64,000 bases of DNA. Source: a virus. Below are positions 1-9,253 of this stretch, one piece after another (position 1 is the stretch's first letter; the number at the start of each line of letters is the position of its first letter). Under the pieces are notes generated by a model. It made no database searches, was not told the DNA's origin, and was given only the letters and a program-made list of their open reading frames with translations. A program made the translations under genes and the position numbers. The stretch covers positions 32,846 to 96,845 of IMG/VR virus record IMGVR_UViG_3300035698_006641. One strand, written 5' to 3'.

Positions 1-53
1 ACTTTTCTCTGACCCATCGGTTTCATACGTATCCTAACAATTCAACGTGATTA

Positions 54-242
54 CTATACAACACGTCTGCCTTCGCCAAACTGAAGTTTACTTCCTTCGG
101 TGGCCTCGTGTGCGGATTCAACTTTCTTTATGAACTCCGAAGTTTCTGAGCTTACCTCCTCGGCGGTTGGAGGTGTCGGACATTCTCCGGTGTGACATCG
201 TCCGCATTTGTCGCATAATCTTGCCATGGTTTCTCCTTTCAA
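54..242 (-). CDS. small hypothetical protein (CxxC/CxxH cluster)
   Basis: ORF with CDKCGRCHTGEC; AGGAG precedes the internal ATG. Confidence 0.5.
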   Translation of the reverse strand: MKGETMARLCDKCGRCHTGECPTPPTAEEVSSETSEFIKKVESAHEATEGSKLQFGEGRRVV

Positions 243-405
243 AAAGACTCATTTTCTGTTTTTCTCCTCATAGGTTGTTTTTTGTTTCTTTCTATGTAAG
301 CGGTATCTTTTACATTTGTTATGCAAGTCACATGACCAGCACAATGAGAACTTTTCCTCGCACTGCTTCATGTAGATCCGCTGACCGACTTCCGATAATA
401 ACCAA

Positions 406-669
406 TCAAATAACTTCATAGATAATTCTATCCAGTATCGCTCTGTTTCTCCAAAAGAAGCGCAGCCCAAATGGTCGCCAAAGCGATAGGTTGATAGCCC
501 ATCTCTTGCGTTCGTTTTCAGATGCAACAAGCCTACCGTACATCCATCGCCACCATTTCACGGGTACGTTTTTAGGCACACATTCATGATCTCCAATGTA
601 CGTCGATGGTGGTGTTGGGGTCATCAAAATCCGAGCCGCCAACTTAATTAACCTATCTCTTTGTTCCAT
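406..669 (-). CDS. hypothetical protein
   Basis: ORF with GGAGG RBS; preceded by GTTAGAT core-like site. Confidence 0.5.
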   Translation of the reverse strand: MEQRDRLIKLAARILMTPTPPSTYIGDHECVPKNVPVKWWRWMYGRLVASENERKRWAINLSLWRPFGLRFFWRNRAILDRIIYEVI

Positions 670-956
670 AATTATTTACCTCCATCTTACATTATCTAAC
701 CAGCAACTCATGATCACGAGGAGCTGACCCGTCTTTTTTCGTGGTGACTTCAAATGCTACGTCTTTAACACCGTCCACCTTGAACACATTCCGGTCATTG
801 CTGTGCGGGCATCAGCTCCGCCTACGTTTGGATCATGCGACCCGCGACTCAAACATTCAGACGTTCCACAGTTCAGAATAAGTGCTATGTCTATCTGTGG
901 CTCCATTACCGGCCCTCTCCGATCTTTTTCGTTTGCTTCCATAAACTCCTTAGATG

Positions 957-1190
957 TCATTTGATCTTCCGATATTTTGTAAAAACCTCAATACCATCTT
1001 CTGGATCCTCAAGAAGTGAGAGTGCACAGTTGAGCATGTCGTTCTCTCTATGTTCCCCAACTAAACATAGACCCTCAAAGTAATGTCTGATCTCTTCTAT
1101 TGAAAAATAAACAGGACTAGATGCCTGTACTAGCTTCCTGTTTTTGATGCGGTAAAGTTCTTCGCGTTGATCATAAATTTTATCGCTCAT
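957..1190 (-). CDS. hypothetical protein
   Basis: ORF with RBS, coupled (ATGA) to ORF 757..960. Confidence 0.55.
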   Translation of the reverse strand: MSDKIYDQREELYRIKNRKLVQASSPVYFSIEEIRHYFEGLCLVGEHRENDMLNCALSLLEDPEDGIEVFTKYRKIK

Positions 1191-1235
1191 TTTGAATCCT
1201 TTCTGAGCCGCTGAGGCTCATTATTTTAATCAGAT

Positions 1236-1517
1236 TTACTCCTGAATGCAGAGTTTTCCATAACGAAAAGCGCACCATGGTTGGGTCATGTACCAAAACT
1301 CATCCATGAACCTTTCTGTTTTGAACTTCTGCATTGCCTTAACAGCTCCAACCTTTGTTCTATGGGCAGAGATGGTGTAAAACATTGATTCATGAATCAT
1401 TTCGTTAAACTCGACGGTGTATACAAACGTACCCGCAATACACATAATATCTCCAAAGTAAGGCAGTAAAGCCAGCGTTGATCTTAGTTTCCAATGAAAA
1501 CCCCGAACCACAACCAC
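1236..1517 (-). CDS. hypothetical protein (true start probably internal ATG, MCIAG)
   Basis: ORF track; GGAG before internal ATG. Confidence 0.45.
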   Translation of the reverse strand: MVVVRGFHWKLRSTLALLPYFGDIMCIAGTFVYTVEFNEMIHESMFYTISAHRTKVGAVKAMQKFKTERFMDEFWYMTQPWCAFRYGKLCIQE

Positions 1518-1644
1518 TCAATGGCAATGCCTCGTTTGTTTTCAATTCCATCATTTTCTGTTTTGCCGTATAGAATTGTGAGTCTTGGTAGGAGTTCTAC
1601 TTGAGTAGTGAATGTTGTATAGAATATCATAATCTTCCTATCCA

Positions 1645-1878
1645 TTAATTCTTAATTTTGGTTAGTTTCTCGGGATCCACCGTGATTAACTCAGCCTTTT
1701 GCCAAGATGTACAAGTTGTACCATTGAGTTGCGTCCTTTCGTAGCCATTCTCAAATGCAGCTAGGTTAACGCTATAGAAATAACAAGCCATAACTACTGC
1801 TAATGCAACAGTTCCAGACAACATCGTTATCCAAAAGGCAATCCAGAATTTCTGCGCTTCATTCATAATTTTCTCCAT
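1645..1878 (-). CDS. small membrane protein
   Basis: one hydrophobic segment FWIAFWITMLSGTVALAVVMACYF. Confidence 0.55.
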   Translation of the reverse strand: MEKIMNEAQKFWIAFWITMLSGTVALAVVMACYFYSVNLAAFENGYERTQLNGTTCTSWQKAELITVDPEKLTKIKN

Positions 1879-1953
1879 TAAAGCCCAACCAGTAAATCGA
1901 GCCTATTATTTTAAACGCCCTGTTTTGAATCTAAGCCACAGGGCACAAAGGCT
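1872..1953. repeat. 82-bp direct repeat, copy 1 (attC-like hairpin plus RBS)
   Basis: identical to 2579..2660. Confidence 0.95.
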
Positions 1954-1971
1954 CATTTTAAAACGTTAGAT
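1883..1971 (-). other. attC-like recombination site
   Basis: minus strand ATCTAAC (RYYYAAC, overlapping the TAA stop) ... GAGCCT/AGGCTC and GCCCTGT/ACAGGGC arms ... GTTGGGC (GTTRRRY); 89 bp. Confidence 0.55.
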
Positions 1972-2172
1972 TGTGAAATTGAAATAGGCGGCATCGTAGT
2001 CAATCCCGTCGTCACTCTCCGAGTCGAAGCCCATCGAGAGCGCAAGCATTGCCGCTTTCTCAAGTTGTTCAATATTCACTAGCGTTCCACAGCTCCGGCC
2101 AGCCCTCCAAAGCACGGCCAGTGCGTCATTTAATTCATCCAACTTTTCTTGTTCTTCCATAGTCTTCTTCAT
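1966..2172 (-). CDS. hypothetical protein (cassette-like gene)
   Basis: ORF bounded by GTTAGATG at the start and ATCTAAC at the stop. Confidence 0.55.
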   Translation of the reverse strand: MKKTMEEQEKLDELNDALAVLWRAGRSCGTLVNIEQLEKAAMLALSMGFDSESDDGIDYDAAYFNFTI

Positions 2173-2277
2173 CTAACCATCTTATTTAATCTCTGTTGTT
2201 GTTATTTCCCTAACTCCGATGATCTTCATATTAACTTGTTGGGCAGACGAAGCGGAAGCAACGCCTGCCCGCAAGTT

Positions 2278-2571
2278 TTAACCAACAACGAGTTTGCGAC
2301 CGTTGTTTTCGTCTGGTGCGATTTTGGCATCCGGCACAAAAGTCAACGCTTCAGCGATGGCATAAGTTCCGTCTTCATTTCTTTGCTGAGTCGTAACTTG
2401 AACAACACAGCCCGAGCCTGCTTCCATGGCCTTCGTTGATTTCATCCAACCCTCGGTTTCGCTTGATGCTTTGCAAAGAAGTTGGAATTGGTCTCCATTC
2501 CCAACAACCTTGATGTCTTTGACGTTTTTGCGTGCTCCTGAAACGTCAGAATTGTGCAGTGTTTTCGGCAT
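2278..2571 (-). CDS. phage hypothetical protein (cassette-like gene)
   Basis: GGAG RBS; bounded by GTTGGGC upstream and GCCCAAC downstream. Confidence 0.7.
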   Translation of the reverse strand: MPKTLHNSDVSGARKNVKDIKVVGNGDQFQLLCKASSETEGWMKSTKAMEAGSGCVVQVTTQQRNEDGTYAIAEALTFVPDAKIAPDENNGRKLVVG

Positions 2572-2578
2572 GTCTTAA

Positions 2579-2660
2579 TCTCCATTAAAGCCCAACCAGT
2601 AAATCGAGCCTATTATTTTAAACGCCCTGTTTTGAATCTAAGCCACAGGGCACAAAGGCT
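2579..2660. repeat. 82-bp direct repeat, copy 2
   Basis: identical to 1872..1953. Confidence 0.95.
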
Positions 2661-2718
2661 TATTTGACTAGGTGCTAGACGTACTGCATTTTACCGTAGA
2701 ATAGCGTGTAGTTGACGA

Positions 2719-3003
2719 TCAACTGTTTGTTGTGAACGGGCTTGTACCAAGGCATTTAAAAAACGACCATGTTTTGTACTCAATTGACGAGTACCCATAT
2801 GATTCGTAGGCCCCTTTATCCTTATTACACACCGGAGAATAAGCAACATAAAATTTGCTTATTTTCTCAAGGTGCTCGCCTTCTTTTTTAAACAACGCGA
2901 CTGCTTTTTTGTAGGCACTCTCAATGCTTTTTGCTCGAACATCTCCACCGTATCTTCCGTGTCCCTGACTGCTGTAGTGATAATATATATTAAACACTTT
3001 CAT
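2719..3003 (-). CDS. hypothetical protein
   Basis: ORF with GGAG RBS. Confidence 0.6.
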   Translation of the reverse strand: MKVFNIYYHYSSQGHGRYGGDVRAKSIESAYKKAVALFKKEGEHLEKISKFYVAYSPVCNKDKGAYESYGYSSIEYKTWSFFKCLGTSPFTTNS

Positions 3004-3081
3004 GTGTAATTCTCCATTTTGATTAGGATTGGGCCCAAAGTCTCTTAAGCATAATTTCCAATCACTCCGGATACCTTGAAG

Positions 3082-3348
3082 CTATACACCGCAAACAGTT
3101 ACCCACTTATCTTCGGTCGTACCTCGCTTAAAATCTCCGGACACGAATTCCTCTTCGTCGTATTCGGTAAAGTATCTTTGGGCAGCTTCATCGCATTCTG
3201 GATGCCAAGCGTCGCTCTGGAAGTCTCCATAGTACGACCCGACTCTCCGAACGTACTTTTCTCCTTTTTCAATCTTCTCTCCGCACCAAACGCAACGATG
3301 CTCTTTTCGAGCTTTGGGCTTCGTTATTGATATTTCTTCCCAACCCAT
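3082..3348 (-). CDS. small Zn-binding phage protein
   Basis: KARKEHRCVWCGEKIEKGEKY...HPEC motif. Confidence 0.65.
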   Translation of the reverse strand: MGWEEISITKPKARKEHRCVWCGEKIEKGEKYVRRVGSYYGDFQSDAWHPECDEAAQRYFTEYDEEEFVSGDFKRGTTEDKWVTVCGV

Positions 3349-3370
3349 AGTTTCCTTTCTTGTTTAAAAG

Positions 3371-3453
3371 AGCCCTCGGCCGGACTCGAACCAGCAACGA
3401 GTTTCCTCACTAGATTAGGAATCTAGCGCCTTATCCGATTAGACTACGAGGGC
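3371..3453 (-). tRNA. tRNA-Arg (anticodon CCT) with a 14-nt variable arm; CCA not encoded
   Basis: GCCCTCG/CGAGGGC acceptor, D arm with GGA (A20), CTAGA-TTCCTAA-TCTAG anticodon arm, GCTGG-TTCGAGT-CCGGC T arm. Confidence 0.9.
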
Positions 3454-3476
3454 GTTATTAACTTCAATAGGAGCTA

Positions 3477-3505
3477 TTTAAGGGCCTCGCATTGAGGCCC
3501 CTAAA
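3477..3505. terminator. stem-loop between CDS and tRNA (terminator or processing site)
   Basis: GGGCCTC-GCATT-GAGGCCC inverted repeat with flanking TTTA/TAAA; no clear U tract. Confidence 0.4.
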
Positions 3506-3509
3506 CAGA

Positions 3510-3890
3510 CTAGTCAGATAACTCTTCAATCTTCTTGAGAATCTCCTTCTTCGACAGCCCTCGCGTGTCCTCAGCCTCTTTATCAGCCAAGATCTCCAAC
3601 AAGCTTTCGCGTTCAATTCTACGTTCTGCGGCAGCAGTGCGCTTCTGACGTTCTAGAAGCTTCACCTCAATGATATGAGCCACAACGTTAAACTGATCCT
3701 TAATCTTAGCCTCAGCAGCAGTGGATGTAGAGGTTAGCATACTTTCACCCTTGGTTTCATTAAACTCTTTACGGAGTCGAATCTGAACCGGGTCAAGCTG
3801 CTCTGGGGTCATTGTGAAGAGATCCTCTACTGAGGTCAAACCCTTCCCAGTCAAAACCCGCATTTTACCTCGAATTGCTTTTTCTATCAT
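3510..3890 (-). CDS. conserved phage helical protein
   Basis: KGLTSVEDLF motif; follows the 677-aa gene. Confidence 0.7.
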   Translation of the reverse strand: MIEKAIRGKMRVLTGKGLTSVEDLFTMTPEQLDPVQIRLRKEFNETKGESMLTSTSTAAEAKIKDQFNVVAHIIEVKLLERQKRTAAAERRIERESLLEILADKEAEDTRGLSKKEILKKIEELSD

Positions 3891-3899
3891 GATATTTCC

Positions 3900-5933
3900 T
3901 TATATTTTGATTATGATGTCTCTTGTGAATTTTCCTTTTACTCGTGCTACCACGGTGTTGGACACAGTTGATGAGAACCCCAATCCGTTTAGGGAATTCT
4001 CAGACTCCTGAACCACCATCTTACTTCCAAGTGCTTCGAACACACGTTTATGCTTGGTCAAGTCTTCCTTTAAGAACTCATTAAAGAATCCTCGAGGTGC
4101 TTCATCGCACTGACATCCCTTTAGAAAGAACATGTAATGCTTATTGCCTGCCTGGTTTGCTCCATCCCAGTAATTTGGGCTGAACATTACTGAAGATACT
4201 GGTACGAACGTGTTGGTGTTGAGTCCCCAGACCTTTTTCGAGTTCATGGACATAGACGAGTCAAGGGATGAGATAAACTCCACCCCATTAGCTTCACTGT
4301 ATTCAATCTTAGCAACCACTACGTACTCGTTGCTCTTAAGCGCCTGACCATACGAGAATGACCAGATTTGACCCATGAACTCGATCTCAGCTGTGAACCC
4401 GCTCTTACCACCTCTCTTCGAGTAGCAGTTTACGAGGAAGGTATACGTCCCGTCTTTGATACTCTTCTGAGTAGGCCACGTGATGTTCTCAACTGCAACA
4501 CCCTGTGGATTGATGATGTCTACGTCCAGGTTGCAGCTTGATTTGCTTCCCGGGTGTCCGAAGTAGATCTCTTGCCCTACTAGCTTTGAGCCCGTACAGT
4601 GGGCGTCGAGGTCGTCATGACAGTCGTCGTTATCGTTCCACTGGATTGAGAAGCGCAATGCTCCGTCTACGGAACCGCCAGCTGCCTTCACGTTCTGCTT
4701 CATGCTGTCCGCGACGTCACCGTCGTATGACCACGAGAAGTTGTTGTTCCATTTTAACATAGACGGAGCTTGTGCATTTTCAGGAGCTATTAAGCTGACA
4801 AGATTACCTTGATGTTTTCCCTCCACCAGCAACTCAATTGATTCAGTCGTAGGGAGTATGTCCTCAATGAAGGCCTCCATCGTAACCTCGTCTATTCTGG
4901 TTAGTTTCTTGGGATCCACAGGGATCGACTCCGCTAAACTAGAGAATGCATCTGACTTATTTGCTGTCCCGTCATCTCGATTAAGAAAGAGTACGTTACT
5001 TACATTAATGTCTTCAAGGGTCGCTTGACGACGTGCCAGTGAATCTTCGAATCCAAGATCCCTACACTCCTCCTGAGCTGCTTCCACCATTTTCTTGGTG
5101 AAGATCGCCTTGGGGCGTTTGTAGTTGGCGGGAGCCATAACAGCTTCGAACTTCCGAACTGCTGAATCAAGCTCAACCCCCTCAGAGAGGTCGATAAGCA
5201 ATGTCCCTAGAGCCGTATTACGTATACGTCCCACCTTGCTGACTTTCGATTGTAGCCAACAAAAGTTATCTTGATCCTCTAGTGGAACTAGATCATACCC
5301 TTTCTTAGTCTCGCAGAATAATCTGACTGAAGCCTTATGTTCATCGCCTCGGTATAGAGCCCCTTGTGCGATTAATTCTAGAATCGTTTCTCCTGCCTCT
5401 AAAGTCAGCTCGTCCATGGAGCGCTTAAATACATTCTTTGTATCACGAGCTGTACCGACTATAGATGCAACTGAATCTTTCCCAGAACTAACCACATATG
5501 ATTTTGGCAAAAGAAAATGCAGGTGATTCCACGTGGCAGTAGTTCCGTCCTCCAGCATCTGATGACTCTTGTCAACACCCAAGTGTGCTTCCGTGGACAA
5601 GAAGATGTCGGACACTGGGAGCGAGTGAATATACTCAGAAAGGGCGGTTGCAACTGTACTATACGGGCTATCAAACTCCCCGTCCCACACAGACACAATT
5701 TTGTTATCAACGATACTGACCATTCCACCAGCTCTGCAAATAAATGACTTACATGAATTGCAGTCATGCTCTGTTCTTTCCCTAAAGATCTCGTTAGACC
5801 AGGCAGGGAAACTATTCAAATATAATTCCCAAATTGCTTCTTTGTTAATACTAACTCGAAACAATACCCCGTCTTCAACCATTGAGTCACACTGCCTTTT
5901 AACAGCTTGCTTAAACCTCATAAAATCTGACAT
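3900..5933 (-). CDS. conserved large-phage protein with YfaP/DUF2135-like domain
   Basis: 677 aa; EHDCNSC N-terminal motif; DLDAHC...LDVD...AVENITW. Confidence 0.65.
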   Translation of the reverse strand: MSDFMRFKQAVKRQCDSMVEDGVLFRVSINKEAIWELYLNSFPAWSNEIFRERTEHDCNSCKSFICRAGGMVSIVDNKIVSVWDGEFDSPYSTVATALSEYIHSLPVSDIFLSTEAHLGVDKSHQMLEDGTTATWNHLHFLLPKSYVVSSGKDSVASIVGTARDTKNVFKRSMDELTLEAGETILELIAQGALYRGDEHKASVRLFCETKKGYDLVPLEDQDNFCWLQSKVSKVGRIRNTALGTLLIDLSEGVELDSAVRKFEAVMAPANYKRPKAIFTKKMVEAAQEECRDLGFEDSLARRQATLEDINVSNVLFLNRDDGTANKSDAFSSLAESIPVDPKKLTRIDEVTMEAFIEDILPTTESIELLVEGKHQGNLVSLIAPENAQAPSMLKWNNNFSWSYDGDVADSMKQNVKAAGGSVDGALRFSIQWNDNDDCHDDLDAHCTGSKLVGQEIYFGHPGSKSSCNLDVDIINPQGVAVENITWPTQKSIKDGTYTFLVNCYSKRGGKSGFTAEIEFMGQIWSFSYGQALKSNEYVVVAKIEYSEANGVEFISSLDSSMSMNSKKVWGLNTNTFVPVSSVMFSPNYWDGANQAGNKHYMFFLKGCQCDEAPRGFFNEFLKEDLTKHKRVFEALGSKMVVQESENSLNGLGFSSTVSNTVVARVKGKFTRDIIIKI

Positions 5934-6011
5934 GTCTATTTCCTCTTACTTTAGTTTCTAATTTTTTATCACTCCCATCCAAAGTACTTACGGAACCTTG
6001 GACCTTCTGGG

Positions 6012-6449
6012 TCAATCCTGTCCTGATGCCTTTGTTTCCGGTTCTGCTTCTGCTTCATCCATTTCCGGCCGTGCTTCCCCGGTTTCTTCTCCGGGTTCTG
6101 ATCCATCTCTTCCGGGGTCCCTATCGCCATGTTGACTCTCCATTTTAGCTTTCTCTAGTAGATATTCCATGATACTCCCAGCTAAGGCGTCTACTGGGCG
6201 TTTTGAGAGCATAACTTGCCCCCAGTTAACCTCTAGCCCATCTAAAGACCGTGAGCCCTCTACGAGCTCACACAGAGTCCACGCTGGAATTAGTAAATAC
6301 TCTTGCGGCTTAGTAGGAGTAGCGAGTGGGAGTGAATGCTGGAAATGGGAGATAAGATCAAAACCCAATGTCACCAACTCAAACCCCACTCGGGGAGAAA
6401 TGCACCACTGTTTACTGAACTTATCGTCTCTCTCATGTATGCTTAACAA
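6012..6449 (-). CDS. hypothetical protein, acidic tail
   Basis: ORF overlapping upstream gene; GGAGG RBS. Confidence 0.55.
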   Translation of the reverse strand: MLSIHERDDKFSKQWCISPRVGFELVTLGFDLISHFQHSLPLATPTKPQEYLLIPAWTLCELVEGSRSLDGLEVNWGQVMLSKRPVDALAGSIMEYLLEKAKMESQHGDRDPGRDGSEPGEETGEARPEMDEAEAEPETKASGQD

Positions 6450-6706
6450 TTTTCTGCCTCCAATCTATTATACTCATCAAACTCCGTCCACATCCGGTCT
6501 ATTTCAGCTAAGCTGTTGAACTCAGACTCGAACAGGGCAGATAAAAACTTACGACCACGTCTATTGATCTTTCCGTCCCAACCAACTCTTCTCCATGGCC
6601 AGATCCAGGTAATGTCATCTCCAAACTTATGGAAGGTGATACCTAGACGCATCCCACGCGCTCTTTGTTTTAGCCTTGTTATTGCTCTGCGAATTCTTAT
6701 CATCAT
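6443..6706 (-). CDS. hypothetical protein
   Basis: ATGA-coupled to upstream phosphatase. Confidence 0.55.
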   Translation of the reverse strand: MMIRIRRAITRLKQRARGMRLGITFHKFGDDITWIWPWRRVGWDGKINRRGRKFLSALFESEFNSLAEIDRMWTEFDEYNRLEAENC

Positions 6707-7434
6707 CGTGCCTTTATTCCTGGGTAAAGATCTACTACTGGATCGCTTTGCCAGAACTCTTCAGTTTCCTTGCAAAACACGGTTAAGGCCCCATCGTAAC
6801 TAGCCCCGGTGTCTAGGAGCCACACATTGCTATGTTTCACGGGCTCGGTACCACCACCGATACGTAACTTAGTAGTTGGTGTGTGCCCACAATAAACATT
6901 CCTGTAAAACTCAACAACAGGAGACTCAATAGGGCCAGCCATAACTGCTTTAGCTATCATATTCCGATCCCATATAATATATTCTACATCGTTGTCTTCT
7001 GCTTTACTGTCTACCCGTATACCACCGTGAACTAAAAGATCATCACCTAGTTCGAGGTATGCAGCAGCCTTATCAAGATAATCACATACCAAGGCATGAG
7101 ACGCAGCTGAATCAATAGACTCCCTGGTGACTCGTCCTCCTTGATCATCCCAGTCAATAAAATCCCAAAAGTTTAAACCCCACCCACCTCGACCCAAGTT
7201 CTGTTTCAGCCACGTATGGCACCACGAATCATGGTTTCCTAAAAGGTGTTTGTGATTTGGAAGTTTCTGTAAGTAGTCAACGCACTCAGTTACATCCGGC
7301 CACCCATCGCATACATCCCCTAAGGAGATCAAAAGATCTTCTTCAGGGTTGAATTTTGCGCGTTCCAGAACTTGAGTCAATGCACGAAATGACCCATGTA
7401 TATCTGTTACTAACAGTGTTCTCATTTTTACCAT
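6703..7434 (-). CDS. Ser/Thr protein phosphatase-like metallophosphoesterase (lambda NinI/ApaH-like)
   Basis: TDIHG, LGDVCDG, LGNHD, VHGG, GHTP, LDTGA motifs. Confidence 0.9.
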   Translation of the reverse strand: MVKMRTLLVTDIHGSFRALTQVLERAKFNPEEDLLISLGDVCDGWPDVTECVDYLQKLPNHKHLLGNHDSWCHTWLKQNLGRGGWGLNFWDFIDWDDQGGRVTRESIDSAASHALVCDYLDKAAAYLELGDDLLVHGGIRVDSKAEDNDVEYIIWDRNMIAKAVMAGPIESPVVEFYRNVYCGHTPTTKLRIGGGTEPVKHSNVWLLDTGASYDGALTVFCKETEEFWQSDPVVDLYPGIKAR

Positions 7435-7685
7435 TTGATTTTCAGTCTCCTAATTTCGGCTAGAGCAGAAACTCTAATTAGATACCCAACAGCAAGCCCG
7501 AAGGATATAGCTATTATGAACATTAAAAACGGAGCAATGCAATTAAGCGCGAATGTAATCATAAAAATCAATGATGACATTATAGCTGCTAACTCCCACA
7601 TTTTAGACCTAGAAACCTTAGTGTCGTACTCGTTTAATGCTGCTGTTATTCCGTGACGCTCATATACTTTTTGAATACTAGCCAT
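7428..7685 (-). CDS. small membrane protein
   Basis: two hydrophobic helices. Confidence 0.55.
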   Translation of the reverse strand: MASIQKVYERHGITAALNEYDTKVSRSKMWELAAIMSSLIFMITFALNCIAPFLMFIIAISFGLAVGYLIRVSALAEIRRLKIKW

Positions 7686-7690
7686 AAGAT

Positions 7691-8215
7691 TTATAACTCC
7701 TGTTTTTCTATTTTCTCTACTCGTTCTGCCAAAATCAGGCCCAACTCCACAGGTGTGAAATTAACGGCTTCTGAGCTGACGTTTATGTGATAGTCTGATG
7801 CTGATCGGTTTTGGTGGATATGGGCGTGAACATTAAACTCCCATTTACCGTGTACGGGTATTAGTCTAGGGGCGTGTGAAAGCAGAACGTTTAAGTCTGG
7901 GAACATACGATCACTCGTGATCTTTTGGAATACATTCCAAAGTCTCTTATCCTTCCCGTTGTCATGGTTTCCTAGTACAAGTCGTTTCCTCCCATTAAGT
8001 TGCTCTAGCACATCTGTAGTCCCCGCATACACGTCACCCAAGTGGTAAACTATGTCTTGCTCTGAAACAACAGAGTTCCAGTTGTCTAACAACATTTTAT
8101 CCATCTCTTTGATGCTGGAAAACCCTGGTCGAATCAACTTGCCCGAGCGATCCTTGTACTCCAAAATTCTGGAGTCTCCAAAGTGAGTACACCCAATTAC
8201 GAAGATTTTTCTCAT
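7691..8215 (-). CDS. calcineurin-like phosphoesterase (AQ1575-like)
   Basis: GCTHFG, YHLGDV, LGNHD, LSHAP, VHAHIH. Confidence 0.85.
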   Translation of the reverse strand: MRKIFVIGCTHFGDSRILEYKDRSGKLIRPGFSSIKEMDKMLLDNWNSVVSEQDIVYHLGDVYAGTTDVLEQLNGRKRLVLGNHDNGKDKRLWNVFQKITSDRMFPDLNVLLSHAPRLIPVHGKWEFNVHAHIHQNRSASDYHINVSSEAVNFTPVELGLILAERVEKIEKQEL

Positions 8216-8634
8216 AACATACTTCCTATTCCAAGGAACATAACTGATTCCTTTCCATTAACTCTAACACCGATAACTCTGTCAGCTATGAACGCAACCT
8301 TAGTCACGGTACTCAAGTTTATCTTAGCTTCTTTAAGGCTGGTTATTGAGAGAGCTGCAAGCTTTTCCATGAATGCATCAGATGTAGTTTTAGTTGGCCC
8401 GAAGATATCAATACCTTCAGAGTTAATCTGACCGCCAAGACTACACAGTGTTTTATTGGAGAGATTCCTCTTCTTTACAACTTTCTTCTCAACCTTTACT
8501 GTAGCCTTAGCCCTCTTAACTTTAGGCTTAACAGGAGGACTTGTTTCAGCTATCTTTGTCTTTGGCGTGACTTTTCGTTTTTGCCTTTTCTGTATCGCCT
8601 TCGCCTTCTCCTCAGGGAGGTATCTTCTCGCCAT
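8212..8634 (-). CDS. Lys-rich basic hypothetical protein
   Basis: histone H1-like basic N-terminal half. Confidence 0.55.
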   Translation of the reverse strand: MARRYLPEEKAKAIQKRQKRKVTPKTKIAETSPPVKPKVKRAKATVKVEKKVVKKRNLSNKTLCSLGGQINSEGIDIFGPTKTTSDAFMEKLAALSITSLKEAKINLSTVTKVAFIADRVIGVRVNGKESVMFLGIGSML

Positions 8635-8645
8635 ATCCGCACTCC

Positions 8646-9227
8646 TTATAGTACCTCTAGATCTCTGTGTTTTATGTAATCTAGTATGTCGGGCAGAGGA
8701 ACAATAGGTCGATCAAAGACCCGCATCAATTCGTCTGCGCTGCAATCCATACGTCCGTCAGAGATCACATCTAGGTTTCCGTGGCAGTGACCATGTAAAT
8801 GCACCGCTCCATAAAATTTACTTGGCCATTCAAGAAGTGGATAGTGGCTGATAATAACAACCTGATTACCCTCTTGCAGCATCGCCATATCTCCGATTCT
8901 GTTTACACGTTGCAGCTTTTCCCTATTCAGGAACTTCATATCGTGGTTCCCGTCTATACACCAGAAGGTATTAACTTTAGCTACTCGCTCCATCGATTCC
9001 CGTAATAGTGCACAGCGCTTTTGATCACCACGGAACATGATGTCCCCGAGGCTTATGATGGTACGATTGTGATGAACCAATTCATTCTCTAGCTGATTGA
9101 TCATATACTCATGGTGCATCTCTGGGCTATCAAATCCGCGCTTCTCCCAAATAAACTCTGCATCATGTCCGTAATGAAGATCTGAGAATATAACTGTATC
9201 GCTGAACTTAGGTCTAATTTTTATCAC
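8646..9227 (-). CDS. calcineurin-like phosphoesterase (AQ1575-like)
   Basis: SDLHYGH, LGD, GNHD, SHYP, HLHGHCHG. Confidence 0.88.
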   Translation of the reverse strand: MIKIRPKFSDTVIFSDLHYGHDAEFIWEKRGFDSPEMHHEYMINQLENELVHHNRTIISLGDIMFRGDQKRCALLRESMERVAKVNTFWCIDGNHDMKFLNREKLQRVNRIGDMAMLQEGNQVVIISHYPLLEWPSKFYGAVHLHGHCHGNLDVISDGRMDCSADELMRVFDRPIVPLPDILDYIKHRDLEVL

Positions 9228-9253
9228 GGTTAAAACCTTTGTTGCTTTCTTTT

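Noticed and set aside
1872-2660. CRISPR array
   Set aside because: Only two 82-bp copies separated by whole genes; no short repeat-spacer periodicity was noticed anywhere in the window
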